Shown piece by piece: positions 48,874 through 61,000 of a stretch of 64,000 bases of DNA (its first letter is position 1; each line of letters opens with the position of its first letter). The stretch lies in contig NIVC01001749.1 in assembly GCA_002269645.1 (NCBI GenBank), positions 12,968-76,967 of the forward strand. Reading direction: 5' to 3'. Under the pieces are notes generated by a model that saw nothing but the letters and a program-made list of their open reading frames with translations, was not told the origin of the DNA and did not search any database. Made by a program: the position numbers and the translations under genes. Origin of the DNA: Macrostomum lignano. Its lineage: Eukaryota.

Positions 48874-50082
48874 TGAGGTTCCAGATATACGAATAGCCAG
48901 GATGTGTTTAGTCTAGATGCATATTTAATGGCTTTAAAAATTCTCGCTAACTGTTCAAATATAACTAAGACAGCAGTTGTCAATTTAAAAAAAAATGTAT
49001 AGAGCAAAGCAAACACAAATTTGAAGCAGACGAAAAAGCGTACATCCACCTACATAGCATATAACTTGCTGGGTAACATCAGCTAATGCGAAAGACACAG
49101 ACAACAATTTGCGTGCAGCGCTTCCAACCAATTAACCTCTATAGCTGGTTAGTAATTCCTTTAATAAAGTCGTAAGGAATAAAAGCTCTGGTAGCAATGG
49201 AAGCTTAAAATGATTTTTAACTGAAATACAACTTTGCTATTATAGGTCTAGAAGCATACAAGCTCACCAATACTGTACGCAGGCACGCACTCATACTCCA
49301 AACTCTAGTCGAAAATTCACGCGTGAAACATAGTATTCCCCATGTTCAATTAGATATTTATTAAAATTTTGGCTACAATTGTACACAATTCAACACAATA
49401 TGAATTAGTAATAACAAAACTAAACATATACGACAATATATAAATAAACATTATAACCACCTGATGCAATGGAGCACACATCTGCAATAGAGATAGGCGT
49501 ACAATAAGAATAAAGAGGATTAAGTTAACGGCTTAAGATACGCGGGTGTTAAATGCTTAGTGAAAATATGCAAATAGAAAATATAATTTTACCCAAACTA
49601 GACAAGCTGCAGTCACCTTGGCCATTATTACTGTTTAAATCAACTATAAAACTAGTAGATAATAACTGCACCGAGTCTATTGCAATCATTTGGCTTACCA
49701 CAATGGGCACGGGCACGCCACCCGGTTGCATTGCCTGATAGTACATAGCAGGCGCAGGATTCACTGGATTGCCACTAGAAGCATAGGATTGCGCTGGCAA
49801 ATTATTTGGCAAATTGGCATTAGCTCCTTGCTGCTGATGATGCTGATGGTTTCCATGGTGCTGCATTCTGTGACCATTGCCTCGGTAATTGTTATTGTAG
49901 CTTGGCCTGCCACCCCGGTTACCGCCGTGATTATAGCCGCCATTGTAGGCCTATGGGATTAAAGAGAGATTTAAAAGATATTTAAGTCATCGAACATCAT
50001 TATACATGCTATATTATTAGCAGTATTATCATAATAAAACTCAATATTATTAACTTACAACATTTGCTTGTCCATGATCCAT
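38111..50082 (-). CDS. EIF4G: Eukaryotic translation initiation factor 4 gamma (4E-binding motif, MIF4G, MA3, W2)
   Basis: Phase-consistent exons (minus): 50059-50082(-50105), 49699-49950, 47317-48513 (YDRDFLL = YxxxxLphi), 45925-46353 (IRSILNKVTPQNF), 44745-44804 (ATRETSYSSVFAEICKRL), 43424-43659 (HRSLLLKKCQLMFE), 41931-42701 (FIGELY...KVRFKLIDVVEMR), 40546-41076 and 38694-39400 (MA3: AEDMQSDFP), 38111-38268 (W2: VFTVFLDNRLVSEESFKNW...TGA). Start codon uncertain. Confidence 0.93.
38355..38680. repeat. Intronic minisatellite, about 38-42-bp unit (GGGGCAGCGGCTGTCACTGAACTGAAGGGGCCTCAGGG)
   Basis: About 8 copies with variable G-run length. Confidence 0.94.
39511..39973. repeat. 463-bp intronic element, copy 1
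   Basis: Direct repeat of 41427-41889; I found 2 mismatches by eye. Confidence 0.93.
41427..41889. repeat. 463-bp intronic element, copy 2
   Basis: Direct repeat of 39511-39973, flanked by a GACA-rich microsatellite. Confidence 0.93.
42752..42948. repeat. (TAG)n microsatellite
   Basis: Intronic; source of the poly-Thr pseudo-ORF. Confidence 0.95.
43672..43965. repeat. Intronic minisatellite, 16-bp unit (GTTTGTGAAGGTTGAG)
   Basis: About 18 copies starting next to the acceptor at 43660. Confidence 0.94.
45409..45503 (-). ncRNA. snR38: Box C/D snoRNA, snR38/SNORD1 homologue (guide for LSU Gm2815-equivalent)
   Basis: Minus strand: AAAACA-ATGATGA (C box, 45491-45497) ... GTTATCCCTGT guide (45478-45488) + CTTA (D') ... 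CTGA (D box, 45416-45419)-A-TGTTTT. 6-bp terminal stem. Guide is complementary to the conserved LSU ACAGGGAUAAC. Intronic and sense to eIF4G. Confidence 0.85.
45553..45850. repeat. 28-bp minisatellite, locus 3 of 3
   Basis: Same unit as 21880-22730; about 10 copies in an eIF4G intron. Confidence 0.96.
46457..46516 (-). ncRNA. Box C/D snoRNA candidate B (paralogue of 46578-46648)
   Basis: GGC-A-ATGATGA (C) TATCCGCAGT CTGA (D') ... ATGAGA (C') ... TCAGAAACGCTA CTGA (D) GCC. All four boxes plus a terminal stem. Confidence 0.75.
46578..46648 (-). ncRNA. Box C/D snoRNA candidate A
   Basis: GGC-T-ATGATGA (C) ... CGGA (possible D') ... ATGATGA (C') A-TCAGAAACGCTA CTGA (D) GCC. Same 12-nt guide as candidate B. 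Confidence 0.75.
46730..47205. repeat. Intronic minisatellite, 21-bp unit (AAGTGGCACAGCTAGCACACA)
   Basis: About 22 copies; source of the VAQLAHK pseudo-ORF. Confidence 0.96.
48675..48872. repeat. Compound (GATA)n(GACA)n microsatellite
   Basis: Read directly from the sequence. Confidence 0.96.
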
Positions 50083-50790
50083 TGTTCCTGGTGCATTAAT
50101 ATTTCCTAGAGAATAATAATAATAGATTGGTATTAATCAAATAAATCACACTAACGATGCATGTGCAACTGAGACAAGCTGACTCACCTTGAAATCCAGA
50201 TGAAAAACTAGATTGAAATAACAGAGAAGGTTAAGGAAAATTTTCCATTTTAATTGAACAAAATGTTAACATATCAATTCATTCCAATTAACAGATGTTG
50301 TTCTGCCACAGTTACAACTGACTATGTACATGATGGTACCCACAGTAAAATGCATACTTATAGTAGCTGCAAATATACCTAAACTGTAAATGTTATGACT
50401 AAAAGTATCAAAACACATGGACTTAGAAAATAGAATGTAGCAAGTATTACTAAAAAGAGGCAAAGTTGAGGAAAAATAATGAGGATTATTGAAAGTTATT
50501 TAATAAAATAACAGAATTCAGAAAGGTAACAATATCATTAGCATTTTGTTAAAACTAAGTTTCCACAACCAATGTAGGTAAATCAGAGAGGCTACTAAAA
50601 ATAGAAATATTGTTTAAAGATGAGTATATTATCATTGTATTGAAGAATTTAAAGGATTAGTAAAGCTACAGGACTAAATGAAATAGAAAAGAAATTAAAG
50701 TTCTCATGGAAAAATTCAGCATTTTTGTAAAATTGTTCATTATCTAAATAGTCTATAAGGATAGCAACCTAGTTTTGTGAAGGAAAATAT

Positions 50791-51310
50791 AAGGCCAGTC
50801 TATGTTGGATACCTTTGTGAGTTGGTTCCTAATTGGGGCAAAGCTAACCCATTAAAAAGTAGATACACTGCTATTAGGCCAGTCTATGTTGGATACCTTT
50901 GTGAGTTGGTTCCTAATTGGGGCAAAGCTAACCCATTAAAAAGTAGATACACTACTATTAGGCCAGTCTATGTTGGATGCCTTTGTGAGTTGGTTCCTAA
51001 TTGGGGCAAAGCTAACCCATTAAAAAGTAGATACACTACTATTAGGCCAGTCTATGTTGGATGCCTTTGTGAGTTGGTTCCTAATTGGGGCAAAGCTAAC
51101 CCATTAAAAAGTAGATACACTACTATTAGGTCAGTCTATGTTGGATGCCTTTGTGAGTTGGTTCCTAATTGGGGCAAAGCTAACCCATTAAAAAGTAGAT
51201 ACACTACTATTAGGCCAGTCTATGTTGGATGCCTTTGTGAGTTGGTTCCTAATTGGGGCAAAGCTAACCCATTAAAAAGTAGATACACTACTATTAGGCC
51301 AGTCTATGTT
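50791..51310. repeat. 84-bp tandem repeat, 6 copies plus a partial copy
   Basis: Near-identical head-to-tail units with no spacers. Confidence 0.97.
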
Positions 51311-54300
51311 AGATGTAGATTATTTTCTTAGTTGTTTCTTAACAACAAAAGAACTAACAAAAGAAATTGGTAGTTTTGGTTTTGTTTAATGATGAATACT
51401 ACATTGGATTCTGTTTATTTTGGGTAGTCAATTTTGCATTTTACCCTTAGGTGGTCATAGGTGGTCTTCACAAGTTCATAGTAAGTTTTAGGGTCACTGT
51501 TTTTTGTGATAGGAATACTATAGCATCCTGACTTTCAAAATTATATCTTCAAATTAAACCTTGGTCTTGGGTACAATTATAAATCATAGCACTAGGAAAA
51601 ATCCTAAGCTAAGTTTTTTTGAGATACTTGAAATAATGGGATTATTTCAAAGTAAAATTTATGAATTAGGACATTGAAATATAAAAAGCACACTCTTATC
51701 TTTAATGTATCAATTGCACTTTGCATATATATAAAATAGCTACTGGCTAAATTGTGACCTTAAGTACCGAAGATATTCTATATATGCCACAAAAGTTTTT
51801 GACCCTGCCTACGATATACCAAGATTATTTAGGAATCTCATATGCACTGCACACTGTATACCAAGGCAAGGGCCTCATTTGCATTGCGCACCACATGCGA
51901 GACTAAAACTATAGAAGAAATTGAAAGCAAAAATGCATCTTCAATTTTATAAGTTTTTAAATTAAAATTAAATTATAAATTAAAATAATTTTTAATAAGA
52001 GTAAAACTAAATCTTTAAGTGAAGCCACAATTATATATGTAGCTATATCTAGAAGTATTTAAACAGTTTGCCACACTTTTTAATTTTGTTCATGCTTTTT
52101 AGTTATTGCTAGATTTTCATTTATTTTCAAGTAGCTTAATTATGCATTTAATAAGGCTATATAGTTTAACTCATGACAAAATGCAGCTGATATATATTGA
52201 AACTATATATATAATTGTGGCTGCACTTTAAGATTTAGTGTTACTCCTAAAAAATTATTTATTTTAAAAAAATTCAAATAAAAAATTGTCTACTTGGGAT
52301 TTGAAACTTTTCATGCAATCATAAGGCAATTAACTTATCCACTAAGCTACTATTTGCTTATGAGAGAGCCTTATAGAACACGCATTTTATATTGATAATT
52401 ATATACATGGCAACCATACTTATAAGCTCCAATATTATAGACACAACTACCCACTGTGTATCTAAATGTGAACCTATTCAATTCAATATTAATATCACTA
52501 CCATCTCTTACTTTGTTTTTAAGTGTGAACCCATTCAATATTAATGACATGGCAATCATGCAAGTTTCATTGTCACTATGGCAATGTCTAATAGTGACTA
52601 GGTCTATACTTATAGACATAGTAGCCATGTCTATAATGCAAAAACTTATACTATAGACACAGTGGCTATGTCTATAAGAATGGACCTAGTCATTATTAAA
52701 GACATGGCTATTATGTCTATAAGTTTCTGCATTATAGACAGCCACCAGGTCTTTAAGTATGGCATATATTATATTAAGGCCTATAAATATTTTTTTAAAT
52801 GTTGTAACTAAAATTATCAAAAAAAATTTTAATTAGGCCCAAGATATTACCAATTACAATTTTTTTAATCTTATATAAACCAATTAGGCCTATAAAGATT
52901 ATAAAAATCTTAGGAAGCCTATGCTAACTGAAAATTCATTTTTTGCCAAAAATTCCTTCACCAAAATAGGCTGAACCCTATAGTTAGGAAGGTGTGCCAT
53001 TTGTGCTGAATAAATTTCCCCCATTTTTTTCTAATGCATCATGCACCACAGCAATTTTTTCTTTGTGCCATGCACCAGTGCTTGGATTGGCTTAGAATAG
53101 GTAAAAATTCTATTTATAACAATATAACAATATTGATTTAGCAATAAGATCAAATGGCACATAGCAAACAGTAAATACTAAATGGAAATTTGAATTTGAA
53201 CTTTGAGCAGTCTTTAAGTTTAATGTTCATAAAAAATAACGATTTTTGTTAAAGTCACTATAATTGTAACAACAAAATATCTGAAAATACAAAAAATATA
53301 TAGGCCTATCACAAAGGCTACCTGATTATATTATTATTTACTGATCAAAGGAATCTATCCCATGCGCCAACTGTGCCAAGTTGCAGGCTGTCATTTTTCC
53401 TTTTGCACCAAATGCGCCAAGTATGCCAGAGTAGAGAAATGGCCAATTTGTGCCGGAAAATTTGGTGAAATCTACTGCCAACTATGGGCTAAACCTAAAA
53501 TTTGGACCTTTGATGAGATTTCACATCTTGGTGCCTACAAAAATCTTAGTGTAGGACTGTAGGGAGCTGGACCTAGTGATAGAAAAAATTTAGCTTGCCA
53601 AGCTAATCTATTTTAACTTCACATTTACAATCCTCCACGACCACAGTCCACACTAAATCAATTTTTTTAAAATAAAATAAAAACATACTACAAACTTAGA
53701 TTTATTAGGGCCTATAGGCCTATGCCTGTAGAATGTTGATGTATCAAAAACTGTCTAACAGGTAAGTCAAGTCAAATAACACACAAAGGTCACTGCAGAA
53801 ATAATACCAATGCTGAATTATAGAAAAGGATACGATTGTTGCTGTTGTCGAACTTTTGTGTGATTTGTTGAATGATCAGTCATTTCCCTGTCCCTTACTA
53901 CTGAAGGACAAGGGAAGGACGGCTACTGTCCATGTTAAATCAGAGAAGACTAGAACAACTCTATATGCCTCACGTGCAGCACGTTGTGGATTGCGTTAGA
54001 ACCAATTCTAACAAACCGAAAGAATAGCGAAATAAGAAAAGATTTCTAATTCACATGAACTCATTTAAAGTAAAACAAATAACATTACTACAGTAAAACT
54101 ATAAGAAGTTAAGTTTTGAGATCAATAGGTCTTAGACCTATAATAATATAATAAAATATGGTAAGTTAAAAAAAACAACTTAAAAGTATTACCATTTTCT
54201 ACGGCAATTAAGTCACAATGCACTTTTTTACTTCAGCACTTCAGCATTTCTCAGCAACTTCAGCACTGTTTCTATTTGTACTGGCACTTCTGAAATTTCT

Positions 54301-55024
54301 TGAAGATTTAACTTGAAGATTGTACTTCAAACTGCCACCAATAGTTTGATCATGAATGACAACTTTGGCTTAATCAAATAAGTAATATTAACCAACATTT
54401 CATTCAATATTTGTTAATCTTTAATAAATCAAAAATAACTCTTTTTGGAAACATTATCAGCACAAAGTTAACAGCATGTAAATTAATACTAATGAGAAAA
54501 AATCCAAAACTTGTAATCAAATGGTGAAATACATGTCTTAATACCCATTTTAATAAAACCATTAGACGGGTATTTAGCTATTAACTACCAGATCTTACTA
54601 TCGAGCTTCAGTTATAAACAGCATTTTTGCAGATGTATGTATTTACAGATGAAGAAATAATCATTTTTCTATGACTTTTGCCTGTCTAAGGATAGTACAC
54701 ATGATGGCATCGTGCAGATTAATCCTGAAATGTGATCTGAGAACTAAATCAGCAGATTTTATATAGTAGCTATACAAGGCAATGATGAAATGAAATAAAA
54801 AACGATATGAGAACTAAAATGTGTGCCAATGAAAAGTTGTACGAGTTACAGATCTACCCGCGGTATACACTCAATTCATTCTGTAATGATATGTTTACGA
54901 AGAAGAAATACCCTCTCTTTGAGTTCATCAAAGTATAAAATTCTCTGAAGACTTTACATGTGTATATATCTGTGAGCAGTTTAGCAATGCTCATACATGT
55001 ACGAGCGTATATATATTGGTTGGC

Positions 55025-58000
55025 TTAAACGTCGGTGCACGGATCGCCATTCTCGTCCTCGAATGTGGCGCTGCAGTTCGCGGCCACTGGCGGCGGCAGC
55101 GACTCCAGTTTGGCTAGCGACGATCTGAAAGAATAGCTATTGCATGTGAATTAAGGATTGTAGATTAGCTACTTGTACGTGTAAGTAACATATGATGCAT
55201 CTGCTTATACGCTGTACATGTAAATGTAATTCTCCAGTAGTAAGTTAGTTTTACATTCAACCATACTTGGGAAGCCAAACTGTCTCTGTAGTATACGAGC
55301 TAGCTAGTTTACGGGACTGTGAGCGTCGCTGACAGATATGTACTTTTAAATTACATAGACGGATAGTGACATCATACGTCGGCTGAACGTCGGTGCAATG
55401 AAAAAGTGCACATCTGTCATCGAAACGTCATCGTTATAGACGTCGAAAATGTCGACCGACATCGCCGAAGTCGGATTTCTATACGGGTGGTATTCGTGGG
55501 ACTGTCCTAATGGGCAAGAGCAAGCCTCAACTTAGTGTGGCAGGTCAAGGAATCGAACCTGGATACTTTGACGTGAAAAACGCTGAGCTACTCTGACTCA
55601 AGAAACTGAATTCTTCCCTAATTCTTTGAAGAAAATTTCTTTGATTTATTTTGGGTAGCCTGCAAATCCAGGTAGTGTACTCTGAATGATCTGCTTGCAT
55701 CTTCTTTGAGCTTCTGTCAACCCCCAGCCCCTATAGCCATCCCAAAACTCACTTCCGTCTAGACTGGAACATTCGCCGGAAAGACTCTTTCAGCGTCGGC
55801 GTCGACTTGTGCGCCGATTGCAGCTGCGACGTCGTAGCCGTGCCGGCGGCGACTGTCGACGCGGCTGACGCTCGTCCCGCAGTGCGTCGCAGCCGCGGCC
55901 GGTCGTCAACAAACGTCGACGCCGATGCCGACGACGGTGCCGGCGAGGGTGCGGGCGAGTTTGACGGCGAAGGCGACACAGTGTCGCGCAGTATGTCGTT
56001 AGCCGATACGCACCTGTCGACGGAGCGCATCTGACGCGAAAGCCATCGGCTGCGCGTGCCCAGACTGATTGCGGGACTTCTTGGCGTGCGCTGTAACTGT
56101 TGCGGCTGCTGCTGCTGCTGCTGCTGCTGGTGGCACGCCTGCGTTTCCAGCGCAGTACTCGAGCCGCCAAATTGAGACAGGCCGACAGCGTATCTGAAGG
56201 TTTGCACCGAAGGTACAAGTCCGGGAATTTCTATTCTACGAGTTTTGCCTGCTTATCGATTGGACACAAATTGACAATCGACAAATGCTTCACATTATCA
56301 TAAACAGCATTTCACCTTGTTGCCTGCTGTTTCTGCTGTCCGCTTGACGGTGTAGCCGATCTGCATCGGGCATTTGACGCGAGGAAATGGGCGCCACTGC
56401 CAGTTGAAATGGCCGACTGGTGGCAGCGCTTGCCAGGTAAAGCGGCTTCCCGAATGCCGCTAGCAGCTTCATCGGCGGCAGTCCAGTCTCCTCCGCTGCA
56501 GTTGCTGACAGCCGACGAGCGTGTCAACGAGCGAGACCGCTTCCATCTCTGTTGCTGCTGCTGCTGCTGTTGCTGCGCCTGTTTCAACGCCGTCTGAATT
56601 GAGAAGTTGAGCTCGTCAAGCAGACTGTGCAGCCTCGAGAGCAATCTGTCCAGTCCTAATCGGTCGCCGTGCGACTGTTGAGTATGGAGACTGAGCTGCC
56701 GCATCAGTAGCTGGTAGCGAGGCAGGCGCTGCACAGGTGTGAGCAGGAAGGCTGTCAGATCCAAGCCACCGCAGCTGGGATGCCGCTGCAGGCTGCTCAG
56801 CAGACAGCGAAACCTAGCCGAATGCTGCTGATATGCTCGAATAGTTCGAACTGCCGAGCCAAAATCGTTGGCATATCGTCTGTAGAGCTCGAACAGCTCG
56901 CCATTGTTTGCGTCCAGGAAGTCCAGGAAGACGTTGGCTAGAAAGATTTCGCCTGACTGCTCGGCGTTACCGTCCGTCAGCTGGGTCTCCAGCAGGCCCA
57001 GAAAGGTCGAATGAAGGTCGTACAGACGCGGCAGGCACTTCGGGAAAATTAAACTGCAGGGTGCATGATTGAATTTGAAACGATTCGTTTATGTCTGTCA
57101 GTTTGTTTAAACAAATTAGTTTATTTGCCATCAATTTAAGGGTGCATTGTGGGTGTTTAACACTGTCTGAAAATCATAAGTATGCCAGAAAAATTGACCT
57201 ATAAAATGCTTTCTGTAATAGTCCAAGTTTTCTAAGTAACGAATAGAAAAAAAGTACAGAATGTACTGAAAAGAAAAACATTTTCTGCCTAACTCTGTTT
57301 CCGTGCGTGCGTAAAAGGGCGTGTCCTCACGCCGGCTCATTCAATCCATTAATTGTGCAACTACACGCATATTGATCGATTATTTGGCCCGCCGTGTCAG
57401 CGGCTCATAGTTTTACATTGGTGCCAAGTTCATGGGTTTTAATGATGGGTACACTGGCATTGACTGATGGGGCTTCACACTGAGAAGGCGGATGCTGGGC
57501 AGTTTGGGGTGATGGGGCAGAACGAGTAAGATTCGATGAATAATCTGTATGGATTATGATTTGATTCTAATAGCTAATTCAAGATTGTAAGACAGGTGAG
57601 ACACGTGAGATTAGACAAATAAGAAAGGTGAGATAGATGAGATTAGATAGATAAGAAAGGTGAAACAGGTGAGATTAGATAACAAAGAGAATTGAGACAG
57701 GTGAGATAAGATGCAAAAATTTGCAAAATAATATTACGTCTGTACGATCTAGCTTTTATGCTTCTTTCCTGATAGAGCGAATTAGTGCTGGTTGCTACCA
57801 CCCTTTCTGTCTAATCCGGGCCTGTCTCTCTATCTGAGGCAAATGCCTTTTTAGCCTTCAGCTTTAAGGATGAAGCCAAACTAGCATTAAGACAGTGTGG
57901 ATTCACAGGGGATTAAGCAGACCGGTATGATGAGGCTTGTGCAGGTCCAGAGGATAGACACGGATGAGTTGGCCAGCTCCTGCTAACTAATTACGGCTGC

Positions 58001-61000
58001 GATGTGACCGCCGAGGTGATAAAATGATGCACCAAGAAAGGGGAAAAGGAATGCAAAAGGTTCGACAGTAAAAGGAAGGAGAGAAACACACAGAGAGAGG
58101 TGAGAGAAACTCACAGAGAGAGGTGAGAGAAACACACAGAGAGAGGAGAGAGAAACACATAGAGAGAGGTGAGAGAAACACACAGAGAGAGGTGAGAGAA
58201 ACTCACAGAGAGAGGTGAGAGAAACACACAGAGAGAGGTGAGAGAAACTCACAGAGAGAGGTGAGAGAAACTCACAGAGAGAGGTGAGAGAAACACACAG
58301 AGAGAGGAGAGAGAAACTCACAGAGAGAGGTGAGAGAAACACATAGAGAGAGGAGAGAGAAACACACAGAGAGAGGAGAGAGAAACACACAGAGAGAGGA
58401 GAGAGAAACACACAGAGAGAGGTGAGAGAAACACACAGAGAGAGGTGAGAGAAACACACAGAGAGAGGTGAGAGAAACACACAGAGAGAGGTGAGAGAAA
58501 CTCACAGAGAGAGGTGAGAGAAACACACAGAGAGAGGTGAGAGAAACTCACAGAGAGAGGTGAGAGAAACACACAGAGAGAGGTGAGAGAAACACACAGA
58601 GAGAGGTGAGAGAAACACACAGAGAGAGGTGAGAGAAACACACAGAGAGAGGTGAGAGAAACACACAGAGAGAGGTGAGAGAAACTCACAGAGAGAGGTG
58701 AGAGAAACACACAGAGAGAGGTGAGAGAAACACACAGAGAGAGGTGAGAGAAACTCACAGAGAGAGGTGAGAGAAACACACAGAGAGAGGTGAGAGAAAC
58801 ACACAGAGAGAGGTGAGAGAAACTCACAGAGAGAGGTGAGAGAAACTCACAGAGAGAGGTGAGAGAAACACACAGAGAGAGGTGAGAGAAACACACAGAG
58901 AGAGGTGAGAGAAACACACAGAGAGAGGTGAGAGAAACTCACAGAGAGAGGTGAGAGAAACACACAGAGAGAGGTGAGAGAAACTCACAGAGTGAGGTGA
59001 GAGAAACTCACAGAGAGAGGTGAGAGAAACTCACAGAGTGAGGTGAGAGAAACTCACAGAGTGAGGTGAGAGAAACACACAGAGAGAGGTGAGAGAAACT
59101 CACAGAGAGAGGTGAGAGAAACACACAGAGAGAGGTGAGAGAAACTCACAGAGTGAGGTGAGAGAAACTCACAGAGTGAGGTGAGAGAAACACACAGAGA
59201 GAGGAGAGAGAAACACACAGAGAGAGGTGAGAGAAACACACAGAGAGAGGAGAGAGAAACACACAGAGAGAGGTGAGAGAAACACACAGAGAGAGGTGAG
59301 AGAAACACACAGAGAGAGGAGAGAGAAACACACAGAGAGAGGTGAGAGAAACTCACAGAGAGAGGTGAGAGAAACACACAGAGAGAGGTGAGAGAAACAC
59401 ACAGAGAGAGGTGAGAGAAACACACAGAGAGAGGTGAGAGAAACACACAGAGTGAGGTGAGACAAACACAGAGTGAGGTGAGTAAACACTCACGTGTTTA
59501 AGGGAATGTGTTGCGAGCTGTCAGAAACGTCAAGAAAGTTCTGCCACTTCGGAAACAAGAATTTCTAGCGCTGCCAGAGCCTCAACAAGCTGAGACATTT
59601 AGAAAGCAAGGTTAATTTTATTAATTGCGTGACAGAGTTCATGCCAGACATTTCTGAGAGACAGCTTCCTGAGACGGGAAGCTTGATTTCTTATCAATAA
59701 TTTATGTTCAGTGAATCAACTCAATGCAATTGAAAGGCTTGGCACTAATTTAGCACGCAGCTATTACTCACCATAAATCCTTCATGGAGATGAAGCTGGC
59801 AGATTTGAGCGTTTCGGCGATTAAATCAATCACTGTCCACAGGTCCGAGCAGTAACGCCTCTCTGTCTCCACGATTTCTTGGCAGATTCTGCGCCTCTTA
59901 TCTGTAAAAGTACACGAGGGTTCGGCGGTTAATGAGACTTGCAAAAGATTCAGAGGTCAGCGCCTTCATTTTGAAGTTTGATGCGGTTTTTTTAGGGTCA
60001 ATGTCAGTCAATACTGCAGTGTGACATTGTGAGATCAGTTTCAGTCAATACAGTGTGACATTGTGAGATCAGTTTCAGTCAATACAGTGTGACATTGTGA
60101 GATCAGTTTCAGTCAATACAGTGTGACAATCTGAGGTCAGTTTCAGTCAATACAGTGTGACAATCTGAGGTCAATGTCAGCCAATACAGTGTGACATTGT
60201 GAGGTCAGTTTCAGGTCAACACAGTGTGACATTCTGACACTGACATTACAGTGTCCAATTCTAACAGACTGGCACAAAAGTCTCACCCGAAAGCTGCTGG
60301 GACACCTTCTGCTTCTGGTGCTGCTCCCCAGTCGTGCCACTGATGATGCTGCCTCCGTTTGAGCACTCGGACAGCCTGTCCGTGAGATCCTGCAGTTGAG
60401 ATCGATAGATACTAAGTAGAGCATATACCCAATCTGAGTAGACTATACTCAACCTGAGTAGACTATACTCAACCTGAGTAGACTATACTCAACCTGAGTA
60501 GACTATACTCAACCTGAGTAGACTATACTCAATCTGAGTAGACTATACTCAACCTGAGTAGACTATACTCAACCTGAGTAGACTATACTCAACCTGAGTA
60601 GACTATACTCAATCTGAGTAGACTATACTCAATCTGAGTAGACTATACTCAATCTGAGTAGACTATACTCAATCTGAGTAGACTATACTCAATCTGAGTA
60701 GACTATACTCAATCTGAGTAGACTACATTCCCAAAGTCATTTCTCACCTCCTCATCTCCCTGCCGATGTTCAGCATCGAATCGACAGTCAGGCGAGCAGC
60801 CACCGGTGACCTGCTGAGCCGCCAGAGCCCGCGACATCCTCAAAGTTTTCTCGGCCACCACGTGACCAGAGCTTGTAGCTAGAAAATTTATTTCCAGTTA
60901 CAGAATAATATTGTTAATCCAGTTAAATACATATAGTCCAGATTTCAGTTTGGTTCTCAAAGTTTAGAAAGTACAAGCTGGATACAAAGCAGAGAGGAGT

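Noticed and set aside
12420-51310. CRISPR-like appearance of the 32-bp, 33-bp and 84-bp arrays
   Set aside because: Head-to-tail units without unique spacers, no cas genes, eukaryotic context.
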